From positions 18,017 to 82,016 of the IMG/VR virus record IMGVR_UViG_3300048507_000465: a DNA stretch of 64,000 nucleotides; one strand, written 5' to 3'. How positions within the stretch are numbered: the first letter of the stretch is position 1; each line of letters starts with the position of its first letter. The DNA is from a virus. The position numbers and the translations under genes were made by a program. This document shows positions 55,432 to 64,000 of this stretch, in pieces. The notes below the pieces were generated by a model. The model saw only the letters and a list, made by a program, of their open reading frames with translations, searched no databases and was not told the DNA's origin.

Positions 55432-56940
55432 GTGGAGTTAACGTTAACAGATAATAAGCAGTTCTTGCGTGTGGATGAGGCGACCGAAATGGAAGTTGAA
55501 CAACTCAACATCACACTAAATAGACGTATTGAATCTTGGAGATTTCATCCCCTGGTTAAGAAGGGTTTATGGGATGGTTACATCTCATATATTAAAGATG
55601 ACAAGTGGATTCCATCTGGCCTTTGGCGAGAAGTAATGAATATGTGTAAGCAGTATAAATATGAGCTTAAACTAAATGGCATTACAAGACTATTTGATAC
55701 TAATATAAAAGCTGCAGACTTTGAAGCATGGGCAATGGATTTCTTTGATGGTTCAGAGATACAACCTAGAGATTATCAAATTGAAGCTGCATATAATATC
55801 CTTAAATTTAGAAATTGTCTAAGTGAATTGGCTACATCGGCTGGTAAAACTCTTATTTCATTTATGGTAATATCTTACCTATTAGAAAAACAAAAGGCTG
55901 GTAGAATTCTTTTTATTGTACCTAATGTCTCACTTGTTGTTCAGGGTTCAGAAGATTTCCAAGACTATAACTGGAGAAACCAAGCTAATATAAAAGTACA
56001 ACAGATTTATTCCGGTCAAAAGATTAGACCAGGTCGAAATGTAGTAATAGGAACATATCAATCCCTAGTTAAAAAGGATAAAGAGTATTTCCAACAATTT
56101 GATGCAGTACTTATTGATGAAACACATAAGGCTAAATCACAATCTATTAAAACTATCCTACAAAAATGTACAGCAGCTAATTATAGGTTTGGACTTTCAG
56201 GTACAATTCCAAAAGCTGGTAGCCTAGATAGATTAACACTTATGGCTTATACTGGTCCTGTAATCACAGAGGTCAGTGCAAATTTCTTACAAGAAGAAGG
56301 TTTTATTGCAGGTTGTAAAGTAAAAGTAATAAAAATGGATTATGCTGCTGAGAGTACTAAGAATGCTTTTAGAGAAATGTCCCAAAATAGATATGAGAGT
56401 AAAGACGTCTATAAATTTGAAAGCAATTATGTTATACAGTCGCCAGGTCGGCTTGCATTTATTTGTAGCATTATTTCCAGAGTTAAAGGCAATGGTCTTG
56501 TCTTGTTCCATAGGATTGAACATGGTAAAAAGATTTATGAGAAATTGCGCCAAGAGTCTGAAAAGAATGTTTACTATGTAGACGGAAATACGGATAAAGA
56601 TATTAGAGAAGAATACAAAAAGAAAATGGAAGCAGGCGCTGAAATTATTATTGTAGCCTCTTATGGTACATTCTCAACTGGTATATCAATTAATAAGATA
56701 CACAATATATTCTTTACAGAGTCCTTTAAATCCGAAGTGATTATTAGACAATCAATAGGTAGGGGACTAAGAAAGCACAAGTCTAAAACTGATGTAAATA
56801 TCATAGATTTCGTAGATGACCTATCCTCCCCGGATTGGGATAACTACTTAATTAGACATGCTAAAGCTAGGCAGAAGATCTATAGAGAGCAGAAGTTCCC
56901 GTTTGAGGTAAAAAATGTGACATTTGAAGGGGATATATAA
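55432..56940 (+). CDS. uvsW: UvsW-like SF2 DNA helicase
   Basis: WDG, PRDYQ, ATSAGKT, DETH, GLSGT, FSTGISI, QSIGRGLR, IDFVDDL. Confidence 0.92.
   Translation: MELTLTDNKQFLRVDEATEMEVEQLNITLNRRIESWRFHPLVKKGLWDGYISYIKDDKWIPSGLWREVMNMCKQYKYELKLNGITRLFDTNIKAADFEAWAMDFFDGSEIQPRDYQIEAAYNILKFRNCLSELATSAGKTLISFMVISYLLEKQKAGRILFIVPNVSLVVQGSEDFQDYNWRNQANIKVQQIYSGQKIRPGRNVVIGTYQSLVKKDKEYFQQFDAVLIDETHKAKSQSIKTILQKCTAANYRFGLSGTIPKAGSLDRLTLMAYTGPVITEVSANFLQEEGFIAGCKVKVIKMDYAAESTKNAFREMSQNRYESKDVYKFESNYVIQSPGRLAFICSIISRVKGNGLVLFHRIEHGKKIYEKLRQESEKNVYYVDGNTDKDIREEYKKKMEAGAEIIIVASYGTFSTGISINKIHNIFFTESFKSEVIIRQSIGRGLRKHKSKTDVNIIDFVDDLSSPDWDNYLIRHAKARQKIYREQKFPFEVKNVTFEGDI
56932..56939 (+). promoter_or_regulatory. 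putative late promoter GATATATA
   Basis: At the end of uvsW, heading the second head-protein block. Confidence 0.65.
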
Positions 56941-56974
56941 TACAATACTAAAATAATAAAATAAAATTATTAAC

Positions 56975-58888
56975 ATGGGATCAATAAAATTAAAATCTTT
57001 TTCTTCATTTGCACATAGCCACAAAATAGACGCTGCTGCTAAATTAGAAGAAGAAAAAATGCTTGCTAGAAATAAGGCAGCAGATAAATTTAAAGCATTA
57101 CTAAATGACTTTAATGTAACTTCAATTAAAGAACTTAAAGAAGATGATAAAAAATCTTTTTTTTCTAAATTAGGGAATTCTGAAATATCAGAGTCTTTAG
57201 CAATTATTGAAGAGGGAACAAGATCTCAAATCGGTAAAATCAAAAAGAACGGAAAAATCTCAACAGTGTATATGCACTATGATGGTTACCCAGACCATAT
57301 GTTACCTACAATTAAAAAGGGTTACAAAGATGGAAAGGCAGTAGACACTCTACTGAAGAAAGGGGGTGGTTCAGGTCTAGAAGTAAATGTAGACGATATT
57401 AAATTCTACGGCGACAAGACCACTACTGACGGGAATATGAAAGATACTGAGAAGTTTGTAAAAGACGCTGCTAATAACGGCGGAGCTGAATTCATCTACC
57501 TATATTCTGAAAGAGATTCTAAATGGTACATGGTTGATGTTTATGACAGTTACGATTTAGTTCCAGCATTTGAATCTATGATAATCAATGAATCATTTAA
57601 ACCAAGTAAAGGTAACGCAAGAGACGCAAAGAAGGTTTCTAAGTTTTTAAATACATTCTTTATGAAGCATTCTGCAATTGCAAACTCTGAAAGTTTTTTA
57701 GGAGCATGCAGATACTTATTATCTGAGTCATTAACAGACGCTAACTTCCACTCATACAGAGACCCAGTAAGTAAAGCACTAGGGGGTAAGATTAGTACTA
57801 TTATGGTAGATGTTGAAAGCCTGGGTGGTATGTCATTACCAATCGGTAAGAAAACACTTATGAACTTATTAGACGAACACTATTCTGGTGTAGCTAATGC
57901 AGCTGGATGGTCAGGTATCGGTATTGTTGAAGGTATGGCATTATTCTTAGATGGATTTGGTTACTCTCAACCAGCACAAAAAATAGTAGATGCATTTAAT
58001 TTAATATGGGCTAATGAGTCTGTAATGAATGAAGGTAATGCATTTTTAGCAGCAAGAGCGAAAGCGATTGAAGAAGATGCTGAAGAATTTGAATTTAACG
58101 GCAAGAAATTTCCTGTGATTAAAGAGGACCTAGAAATTGAAGAGGTTACAGAAGGCGATACTGCTAAAGTTTCTAAAAAAGAAATTCAATTCCATTTGGA
58201 TGCGTTTGAAAAAGGAGATATTGAAGGTGAGGATTTAGCACAAGCTATTGGAGAAATACTTTATGGTAAGTTAAGAGAAAGCGATAAAGCTCAAGACCCA
58301 GGGGAAGAAGTTCCAGGTGGTGAAGAGTCTGATGAAACTGAAGAGCAATTTCCAGATGATTTTGATGCAACAAATCCTGCTGAAATGGGCAAGATGACTA
58401 ATGAAGATGAAGTTACTGAAGCTAAATTCGTAAAAGATTTTGATAAAGATGTTTTAGATGCTGAAACCAAAGCAGATATAACAACTTATTATCCATCAGC
58501 TAAATTCTTTATGGGTAAAATGACACACTTCTTTGGAGAACTAGAACCAAACTTATTCTTTAAAGCTTACTATGCTAAATACTATAAAGAAGATACAGGC
58601 AAGAAAATTGATGGTGAATTTAAAATCACTTCAATCTATTCTGAAAAGGGTAGTAGATATGTAAACCTATATGTTGAATCTGCAGATACGGTAGAAGCTC
58701 CAACAGTAAATGAAGCTGAAGTAAAATCAGATGAAGAATTTAAAGAGTATGCATTCACTGTTTTAGGAAAAGCATTTGGAGATAAATTTGACGAAGAAAA
58801 AGCACAAGAAGTAGTAGACGGTTTATTGTCTAAGCATGGTGACGATTATGGAGCCGCTGTTGGCGCATTAACTGCATCATTAGGATAA
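56975..58888 (+). CDS. modular putative head-internal polyprotein
   Basis: Modules separated by IEE/INE/MNE/VTE/VNE linkers; includes TRSQIG..YMHYDGYP and EGNAF..EFEFNGKKFPV modules. Confidence 0.7.
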   Translation: MGSIKLKSFSSFAHSHKIDAAAKLEEEKMLARNKAADKFKALLNDFNVTSIKELKEDDKKSFFSKLGNSEISESLAIIEEGTRSQIGKIKKNGKISTVYMHYDGYPDHMLPTIKKGYKDGKAVDTLLKKGGGSGLEVNVDDIKFYGDKTTTDGNMKDTEKFVKDAANNGGAEFIYLYSERDSKWYMVDVYDSYDLVPAFESMIINESFKPSKGNARDAKKVSKFLNTFFMKHSAIANSESFLGACRYLLSESLTDANFHSYRDPVSKALGGKISTIMVDVESLGGMSLPIGKKTLMNLLDEHYSGVANAAGWSGIGIVEGMALFLDGFGYSQPAQKIVDAFNLIWANESVMNEGNAFLAARAKAIEEDAEEFEFNGKKFPVIKEDLEIEEVTEGDTAKVSKKEIQFHLDAFEKGDIEGEDLAQAIGEILYGKLRESDKAQDPGEEVPGGEESDETEEQFPDDFDATNPAEMGKMTNEDEVTEAKFVKDFDKDVLDAETKADITTYYPSAKFFMGKMTHFFGELEPNLFFKAYYAKYYKEDTGKKIDGEFKITSIYSEKGSRYVNLYVESADTVEAPTVNEAEVKSDEEFKEYAFTVLGKAFGDKFDEEKAQEVVDGLLSKHGDDYGAAVGALTASLG

Positions 58889-58908
58889 AATAAATCTAAA
58901 AACTTCTT

Positions 58909-60180
58909 ATGAAGATATACACTAATTTTACAGAATTTTTAAACGAGAAACTCCAGGTAAACAACTTGGAGGATTTCGTATTTGAAGGTGGGGCAGCAGG
59001 GCATATGATGCACCCTTTCGATGACCACTCATTAACTTTTGCAGATTTCAAGACTATTGTTAAATCTTCATTACAAGGTGGTTTAGATTTCGAAGAGGCT
59101 GCAACTGAAAAGACTGATGGTCAAAACCTATTTGCAACTGTAAAAGATGGTCAAGCAATGTTTGCTAGAAATAAAGGGCAAATGATAAATCCACTAGACC
59201 TAAATGGTATCATTAAGATGTTTACTGGCCACGCGTCAAAGCTGGTTGAAGAAACATATATCTTTGCTGCTAAAGATCTAGCAGAGGCGCTCCCAGCGCT
59301 TAAGGATCAATCAATGTTCGCGAACGGATTGAATTTCGTTAATATGGAACTAATTTACTCTAAAAACCCTAATGTTATCTATTATGACAGAGATGTTATT
59401 CAATTTCATGGTATTGTAGAGACTGATGGTGAAGGTAATCAAACTGGAAAGCAAAATATTGCTACAGAACTAGTTAAAGCTCTTAAAGAATTAAAGTCAG
59501 ATGTTCAAAAGACGTTTACAATAATTCCCCCTCAAATTTTAAAGTTAGGAAAAGACATTAACTTTGATGAGAGAGTCGGCTATTACGAAAAGGCGATAAA
59601 TAAACTGAGAGATACTTATAGTCTATCAGATCAAGATGAGGTTAAAATGTATCACGAGATGTGGTGGAGAGGCCAAATCGAAGAGAACTTTGCAGACCTA
59701 GAACCGGCACATAAAGAGGGTTTACTTTTAAGATGGGCTTACTTAGATAAGAAGACACTTAAGTTAACTGCATTAAAGAAGGAATTAACACCGGAACAAA
59801 ATAAGGCTGTTAAAGATTTTGATGGTCAAAGAAATAAGAAGTATAAAGAAAACATTTTACCTTTTGAGAATCTATTTTTAGAGTTAGGTGCAGATGTTTT
59901 AAAGAACGCTTCTAATTTTGTAGCTGCTAATCCAGATGCTGAGAAAGCAAGATTACATAATCAGATTAGAACTGAAGCTGGCAAGATTAAAAAGAATGGC
60001 GACCTTACTCAAATTGAAAAGGTTGAAAAAGAACTAAAAAGACTAGAGGGAATTGGTGGTATTGAGTCGATCATCCCAACAGAAGGAGTGGTCTTTAAAT
60101 TTAAAGGAAAAACCTTTAAACTAACAGGTACTTTTGCTGCGATTAATCAGCTAATGGGTATCATAAAATACGGAAGATAA
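58909..60180 (+). CDS. RNA-ligase-like covalent nucleotidyltransferase with capsid-targeting-like N-terminus
   Basis: MKIYTNFTEFLNE; EGGAAGHMMHPFD; EKTDG (motif I), EGVVF (IV), KLTG (V). Confidence 0.65.
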   Translation: MKIYTNFTEFLNEKLQVNNLEDFVFEGGAAGHMMHPFDDHSLTFADFKTIVKSSLQGGLDFEEAATEKTDGQNLFATVKDGQAMFARNKGQMINPLDLNGIIKMFTGHASKLVEETYIFAAKDLAEALPALKDQSMFANGLNFVNMELIYSKNPNVIYYDRDVIQFHGIVETDGEGNQTGKQNIATELVKALKELKSDVQKTFTIIPPQILKLGKDINFDERVGYYEKAINKLRDTYSLSDQDEVKMYHEMWWRGQIEENFADLEPAHKEGLLLRWAYLDKKTLKLTALKKELTPEQNKAVKDFDGQRNKKYKENILPFENLFLELGADVLKNASNFVAANPDAEKARLHNQIRTEAGKIKKNGDLTQIEKVEKELKRLEGIGGIESIIPTEGVVFKFKGKTFKLTGTFAAINQLMGIIKYGR

Positions 60181-62039
60181 TGGCATTACAGAATCTAAAA
60201 AAATATTTTGAAGGAGCTAATTCTAATGAGATTATGGATCTACTTAACAATAAGTGTATTGTTACAGAAAAAATAGATGCATCATCTTTTCATGTAAAAA
60301 GAGATAATACAGAAATATTATATTACAAGTCCGGCGAGAAACATAGTATGAATAGAATAGATCGTACTATTGTAAGATATTATGAAAACGCAATTAGGCA
60401 TTTTAAATCTATTTCAGAAGATTCTATTAAAGATATGCCTTTTGATTGGAAGTTCGGATTTGAGTATTTAGGAGATAACAAAACTATTGATATAGAATAT
60501 GATACTTTACCAAAGAATAACTTAGTATTAACCCATATTCAAGTTTTACAACCTTCTAATCCTAATAAAGTTAGAAAGGTAATTAGAGATACTAAAATTT
60601 TAAATAAATGGGCAGATATACTAAATGTAGCGCCACCGCCTGTTATTTTTGAAGGACTTTTACATTCAGGTCAAAAATCCGCTATTATAGATATTTTAGA
60701 AACTAGTATAAATGAGTTTGAAGATAGATTTGAAAACCCTGATAACCCTTCGTTTACTAGAGTGGTATATAATATTTTTAATGAAAATCAAAAGGCATCT
60801 GCTTTAATGAATGATTTATCAAAAGATGTATCTGGGTTTATTATTAATTTCCACGATGGTAAAAAGATAATACCTTTTGTTTTAGAAAAATTTAATAAAA
60901 AATCAAAAGTAGAAAGAAAACCATCTGACATGTATCAGATTTCTATATTAGATATGGTTGAACATTTTTCACAATTTGATATTGAATCTTTAGAATTAAA
61001 AAGCGAAGAATCAGATTCTAGATATTTAGAATTAATGTCTATAATGTTTAATGATTATATAAAAAGTAATGCTACAAAATATATTGGAGCTAAATTTGAT
61101 TCTGCAGATTTTGCAGAATCTCCAATGTTTGAATTAAATCATAAATTCTTAACAAACGAAAAAACATTAACTTTAGTACAAGATAAAATATTATCTGAGT
61201 TATTTAAAATTGCATTAGGTAGTTTTAGAAGAAAAAGACAAAAAGAAACAGATTTAATTAATATAGATCTTATGAATGAATTAAATTCTATTATTGATAA
61301 AATAGAAAGTAAGGCTATTGCTAAAGCTAACGAAGGGGATGTCCTTAATTTTAAACAATACTTGGTAAACCAAAAAATATCTGCTGAAGTAAAACCGGTT
61401 ATGGAAGCTTTAAAAGTAGACCATCCAGAAAAAGGTAAACAATTAGTAAATATGTTTGTTGGTAGATTCCAACCATTTACATTAGGACATGCTAAAGTTG
61501 TAGAAACAATCCATAAACAAAATGGTTACCCTGTAGTTATTCTATTAGTTAAAGCTAAGAATAAGAAAAAGGAAGATTCATTTAAGAGACCTTATGATGA
61601 GGCAACTCAAGTGGCTATGATAAACAGATTAAAGGGTAAATTACCTATTGAAGATATTTTTGTAATTCCAACTGGAGGCATTGATACCATGTTTAATGCA
61701 ATGCGACCTAAATACGAACCGGTATTATGGGGAACAGGAAGCGATAGAATGAAGACCTATGGTTATCAAGTAGATAAACAAGAATATAGAGATGCTCTAG
61801 ATGTTAGAGATGATTTTGGTTTATTTGAAATACCTAGAACAGGAAAGAACATATCGGCAACTCAAGTAAGAAATGCAATGTTAGATGGTGATGAGAAGCT
61901 CTTTAAGAAGTTAACTCCTAGACCACTACATAATATGTATGCTGAGTTAAAACAAAAATTAGAGGACTCGATGGGAGTTATGGCAGAATCTACAGAAGTA
62001 GAGTTCTTAACCTTCGATGATTTTATTAAGAATATATAA
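60180..62039 (+). CDS. ligase-like N-terminal domain fused to a HIGH-family (cytidylyltransferase-like) nucleotidyltransferase
   Basis: TEKIDASS; C-terminal GRFQPFTLGH, GSDR, ISATQVR. Confidence 0.7.
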   Translation: MALQNLKKYFEGANSNEIMDLLNNKCIVTEKIDASSFHVKRDNTEILYYKSGEKHSMNRIDRTIVRYYENAIRHFKSISEDSIKDMPFDWKFGFEYLGDNKTIDIEYDTLPKNNLVLTHIQVLQPSNPNKVRKVIRDTKILNKWADILNVAPPPVIFEGLLHSGQKSAIIDILETSINEFEDRFENPDNPSFTRVVYNIFNENQKASALMNDLSKDVSGFIINFHDGKKIIPFVLEKFNKKSKVERKPSDMYQISILDMVEHFSQFDIESLELKSEESDSRYLELMSIMFNDYIKSNATKYIGAKFDSADFAESPMFELNHKFLTNEKTLTLVQDKILSELFKIALGSFRRKRQKETDLINIDLMNELNSIIDKIESKAIAKANEGDVLNFKQYLVNQKISAEVKPVMEALKVDHPEKGKQLVNMFVGRFQPFTLGHAKVVETIHKQNGYPVVILLVKAKNKKKEDSFKRPYDEATQVAMINRLKGKLPIEDIFVIPTGGIDTMFNAMRPKYEPVLWGTGSDRMKTYGYQVDKQEYRDALDVRDDFGLFEIPRTGKNISATQVRNAMLDGDEKLFKKLTPRPLHNMYAELKQKLEDSMGVMAESTEVEFLTFDDFIKNI

Positions 62040-62058
62040 ACAAATATAACATAATACT

Positions 62059-62454
62059 ATGAAAAGAATAGATACATTTGAAGCATTTACTCATAACACA
62101 GTTAATGAGAAAATAGCACTTGGATCTTACTACTTTAGTAAATACGCATTTGATGGTTTTGATTTACCAGCTAAAGGTGAAACTAGTTTCGCTTTAGTGC
62201 TACACAATACTGTAGAAGTAAATGGAGAATCAATGTATTTAAGATCTAAAAACGACCATAATGTTGGAGCTGGATTTAGACCTAAGGTTGTAACTGTTGC
62301 TGCAGATCAAGCATCTATAGAAGAAGCATATAAAACTCATGTAAAAATTGGAGGTAAAGGTGCAAACCTTTCAATCTCTTATGGATCATTTATTGTCAAG
62401 GGACAAAACTGTGCATATACAGAAATTGATGGTATAACAAAAAAGCTTAAATAA
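62059..62454 (+). CDS. putative head-internal protein (paralog A)
   Basis: MKRIDTFEAF..VNE; LPAKGET. Confidence 0.7.
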   Translation: MKRIDTFEAFTHNTVNEKIALGSYYFSKYAFDGFDLPAKGETSFALVLHNTVEVNGESMYLRSKNDHNVGAGFRPKVVTVAADQASIEEAYKTHVKIGGKGANLSISYGSFIVKGQNCAYTEIDGITKKLK

Positions 62455-62456
62455 TT

Positions 62457-62873
62457 ATGAAAAGAATAAAAACATTCGAAAGCTTTACTGGTAATAGTCG
62501 ACCAGTAAATGAAGCGACACCATACGGATATAAATACTACGATGGTTACTATGCATACAAGTGGGCGTATGATGACATGGGAGACTTTCTTCCTGCTAAA
62601 GGAGAAACTTATTGGCTAGTAAAAGCATATAATGAGGTATTATGTGACGGCGATAAGATAAAACTAGACGAAGGAAACGGATATATGACAAGACACATAG
62701 GTGTTTACAAAACCGAAGAGGAAGCAAAGAAAGTATATGATAAGGTAGTTAAAGAACGTCCTTTTAAAACTGAGATTTCATTTTCAATGGGAACATTATA
62801 TGCTAAAACTAAATTTGCCCGTGAGTATAACGAGACAGAAGGCGTTATGGGTAAAGTTAAAATAATGAGATAA
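62457..62873 (+). CDS. putative head-internal protein (paralog B)
   Basis: MKRIKTFESF..VNE; LPAKGET. Confidence 0.7.
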   Translation: MKRIKTFESFTGNSRPVNEATPYGYKYYDGYYAYKWAYDDMGDFLPAKGETYWLVKAYNEVLCDGDKIKLDEGNGYMTRHIGVYKTEEEAKKVYDKVVKERPFKTEISFSMGTLYAKTKFAREYNETEGVMGKVKIMR

Positions 62874-62875
62874 CC

Positions 62876-63865
62876 ATGAAAAAATTCGAAGATTTCTTAA
62901 AAGAAGGTAAAAAGATACAAATTAAAAGAAGGTATACTGAGAACCATCCTGCTTCAACAGTAGGTAAAACTGCTAGCGTAAGAAACGCAGTACTTAAAGC
63001 AGTTAAAGATGGTGTAATCACAGAAGAAGAGTTTACTAAAATACTTTCTGAATTATCTGGTGACCATAGACAGTGGAGAACTAGAAATACAAAATATTTT
63101 AACGTTTCTGAAGAGGGTATTAAACTTTCAAAGTGGGGTCTTAGAATTTTAGCTGAATTAGATGAAGAACCTAAAGCTGCTGGGGTATTCGAAGCTACAG
63201 TAGTTATGGATGCAATGGATCCTAAATCAAAGATACTTAAAAAACTTTTAAAGAAACATAAAGTTACAATGAAAGTTTTAGATCCTAGTGGACCGAGTGG
63301 TTGGCCAGAAGTTGAGCTAACAGGTTCAAGAGAAGATCTACAATCAGTTTTAGCATCTCCTGATGGATGGGACGATCCAGAACTTGGAGAGTATATCGAA
63401 GAGTCAGCAGTTAATGAGAAGATCAAAGTTACTAAAGACGAATGGCCTTATATTGAATTTAAAGATGGTGGTAAAAAGCACAAAGTAGAATTTGATTACG
63501 AAGATATTATCGATGACCATGGTAACGAGGGTCAAGATCAATACTGGATCGGTAAAGATGAAGATGGTCAAGAATGGCAAATAGACGTTTCTGCTGATTA
63601 CAGGGGTGAAGTAATGGAGGTGTGGTTTGATACTTTAATAGTAGCAGAGAATAAGTTAGCAATTACCGAAAAATATGAAGTTATTTTTAGTGACGGTATA
63701 GTTCAAGGTAAAAAATTCAAACGCGAACAACAAGCACTTGATTTTATGAAGAAGGAGATTGCTTCTAATAAAAAACTAAGAGATATTGCAGTTTACAAAC
63801 CAGGAATGCACTCAACTACTCAAACTGAATTAGTTGTTAAATTCTGGGGAGACGGATCCTACTGA
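62876..63865 (+). CDS. modular putative head-internal polyprotein; may continue past an in-frame TGA
   Basis: MKKFEDFLKE; linkers VFE, ESAVNE, ITE; frame stays open for 45 codons after TGA 63863-63865 to the window end. Confidence 0.7.
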   Translation: MKKFEDFLKEGKKIQIKRRYTENHPASTVGKTASVRNAVLKAVKDGVITEEEFTKILSELSGDHRQWRTRNTKYFNVSEEGIKLSKWGLRILAELDEEPKAAGVFEATVVMDAMDPKSKILKKLLKKHKVTMKVLDPSGPSGWPEVELTGSREDLQSVLASPDGWDDPELGEYIEESAVNEKIKVTKDEWPYIEFKDGGKKHKVEFDYEDIIDDHGNEGQDQYWIGKDEDGQEWQIDVSADYRGEVMEVWFDTLIVAENKLAITEKYEVIFSDGIVQGKKFKREQQALDFMKKEIASNKKLRDIAVYKPGMHSTTQTELVVKFWGDGSY

Positions 63866-64000
63866 GATAATGTGTCTAAAAAAGATAAAGATTTAGCAAG
63901 TAAAAAATTACAAGAAAACATAAATATGGAAAATACATTTTCAATACACGAATCATTTTCAGCATTTACTGGAGCAAACGGATTCTTAAACGAAAAATTA

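Noticed and set aside
63863-63865. Genome-wide stop-codon reassignment (TGA=Trp or TAG=Gln)
   Set aside because: Very long ORFs (up to 2764 aa) are intact in the standard code, Trp is encoded by TGG throughout, and TGA/TAG end several genes at normal junctions. Only this single TGA looks anomalous.
1-64000. tRNA/rRNA genes, introns, inteins, homing endonucleases, transposases
   Set aside because: Intergenic gaps are short and show no cloverleaf or T-loop signature that I could see. Helicases and primase are of normal length, with no LAGLIDADG, HNH, GIY-YIG or intein motifs. A tRNAscan/Infernal run would be the formal check.

Overview
This AT-rich, gene-dense window is almost entirely + strand and comes from a large T4-superfamily (myovirus-type, probably jumbo) phage. 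The host is most likely in Bacteroidota/Flavobacteriia, based on BACON and Listeria-Bacteroides repeat proteins, a ribosomal protein S1 with a Bacteroidota-like N-terminal F-x-W-x-x-Y-E motif, a TAnnTT(A/T)G-type early promoter and no Shine-Dalgarno sites. Left to right it holds: UvsE; a block of putative head-internal proteins; dCMP deaminase; a DinG-like helicase; a long baseplate/neck/tail-fibre cluster (13.2-50.7 kb) interrupted by an early gene, a ParB/NDK/NTase-like gene, S1 and an amidoligase; a RuvC-like nuclease, gp32 SSB, primase, UvsY and UvsW; and a second head-protein block with RNA-ligase-like and nucleotidyltransferase proteins. The most notable observations are: (1) a family of proteins with a T4-like capsid-targeting N-terminus, several of which look like polyproteins of unrelated modules joined by repeated 'ES-V-N-E' prohead-protease linkers; (2) an unannotated 21-aa, 9-Cys metallothionein-like microprotein; (3) three promoter classes, including a GATA(T/A)ATA late motif sitting exactly 4 nt before ATG in five genes (apparently leaderless mRNAs) in a phage that also encodes S1; (4) a promoter-driven, repeat- and hairpin-rich non-coding element beside the replication genes. 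All assignments come from motif recognition by eye, and no database searches were run.
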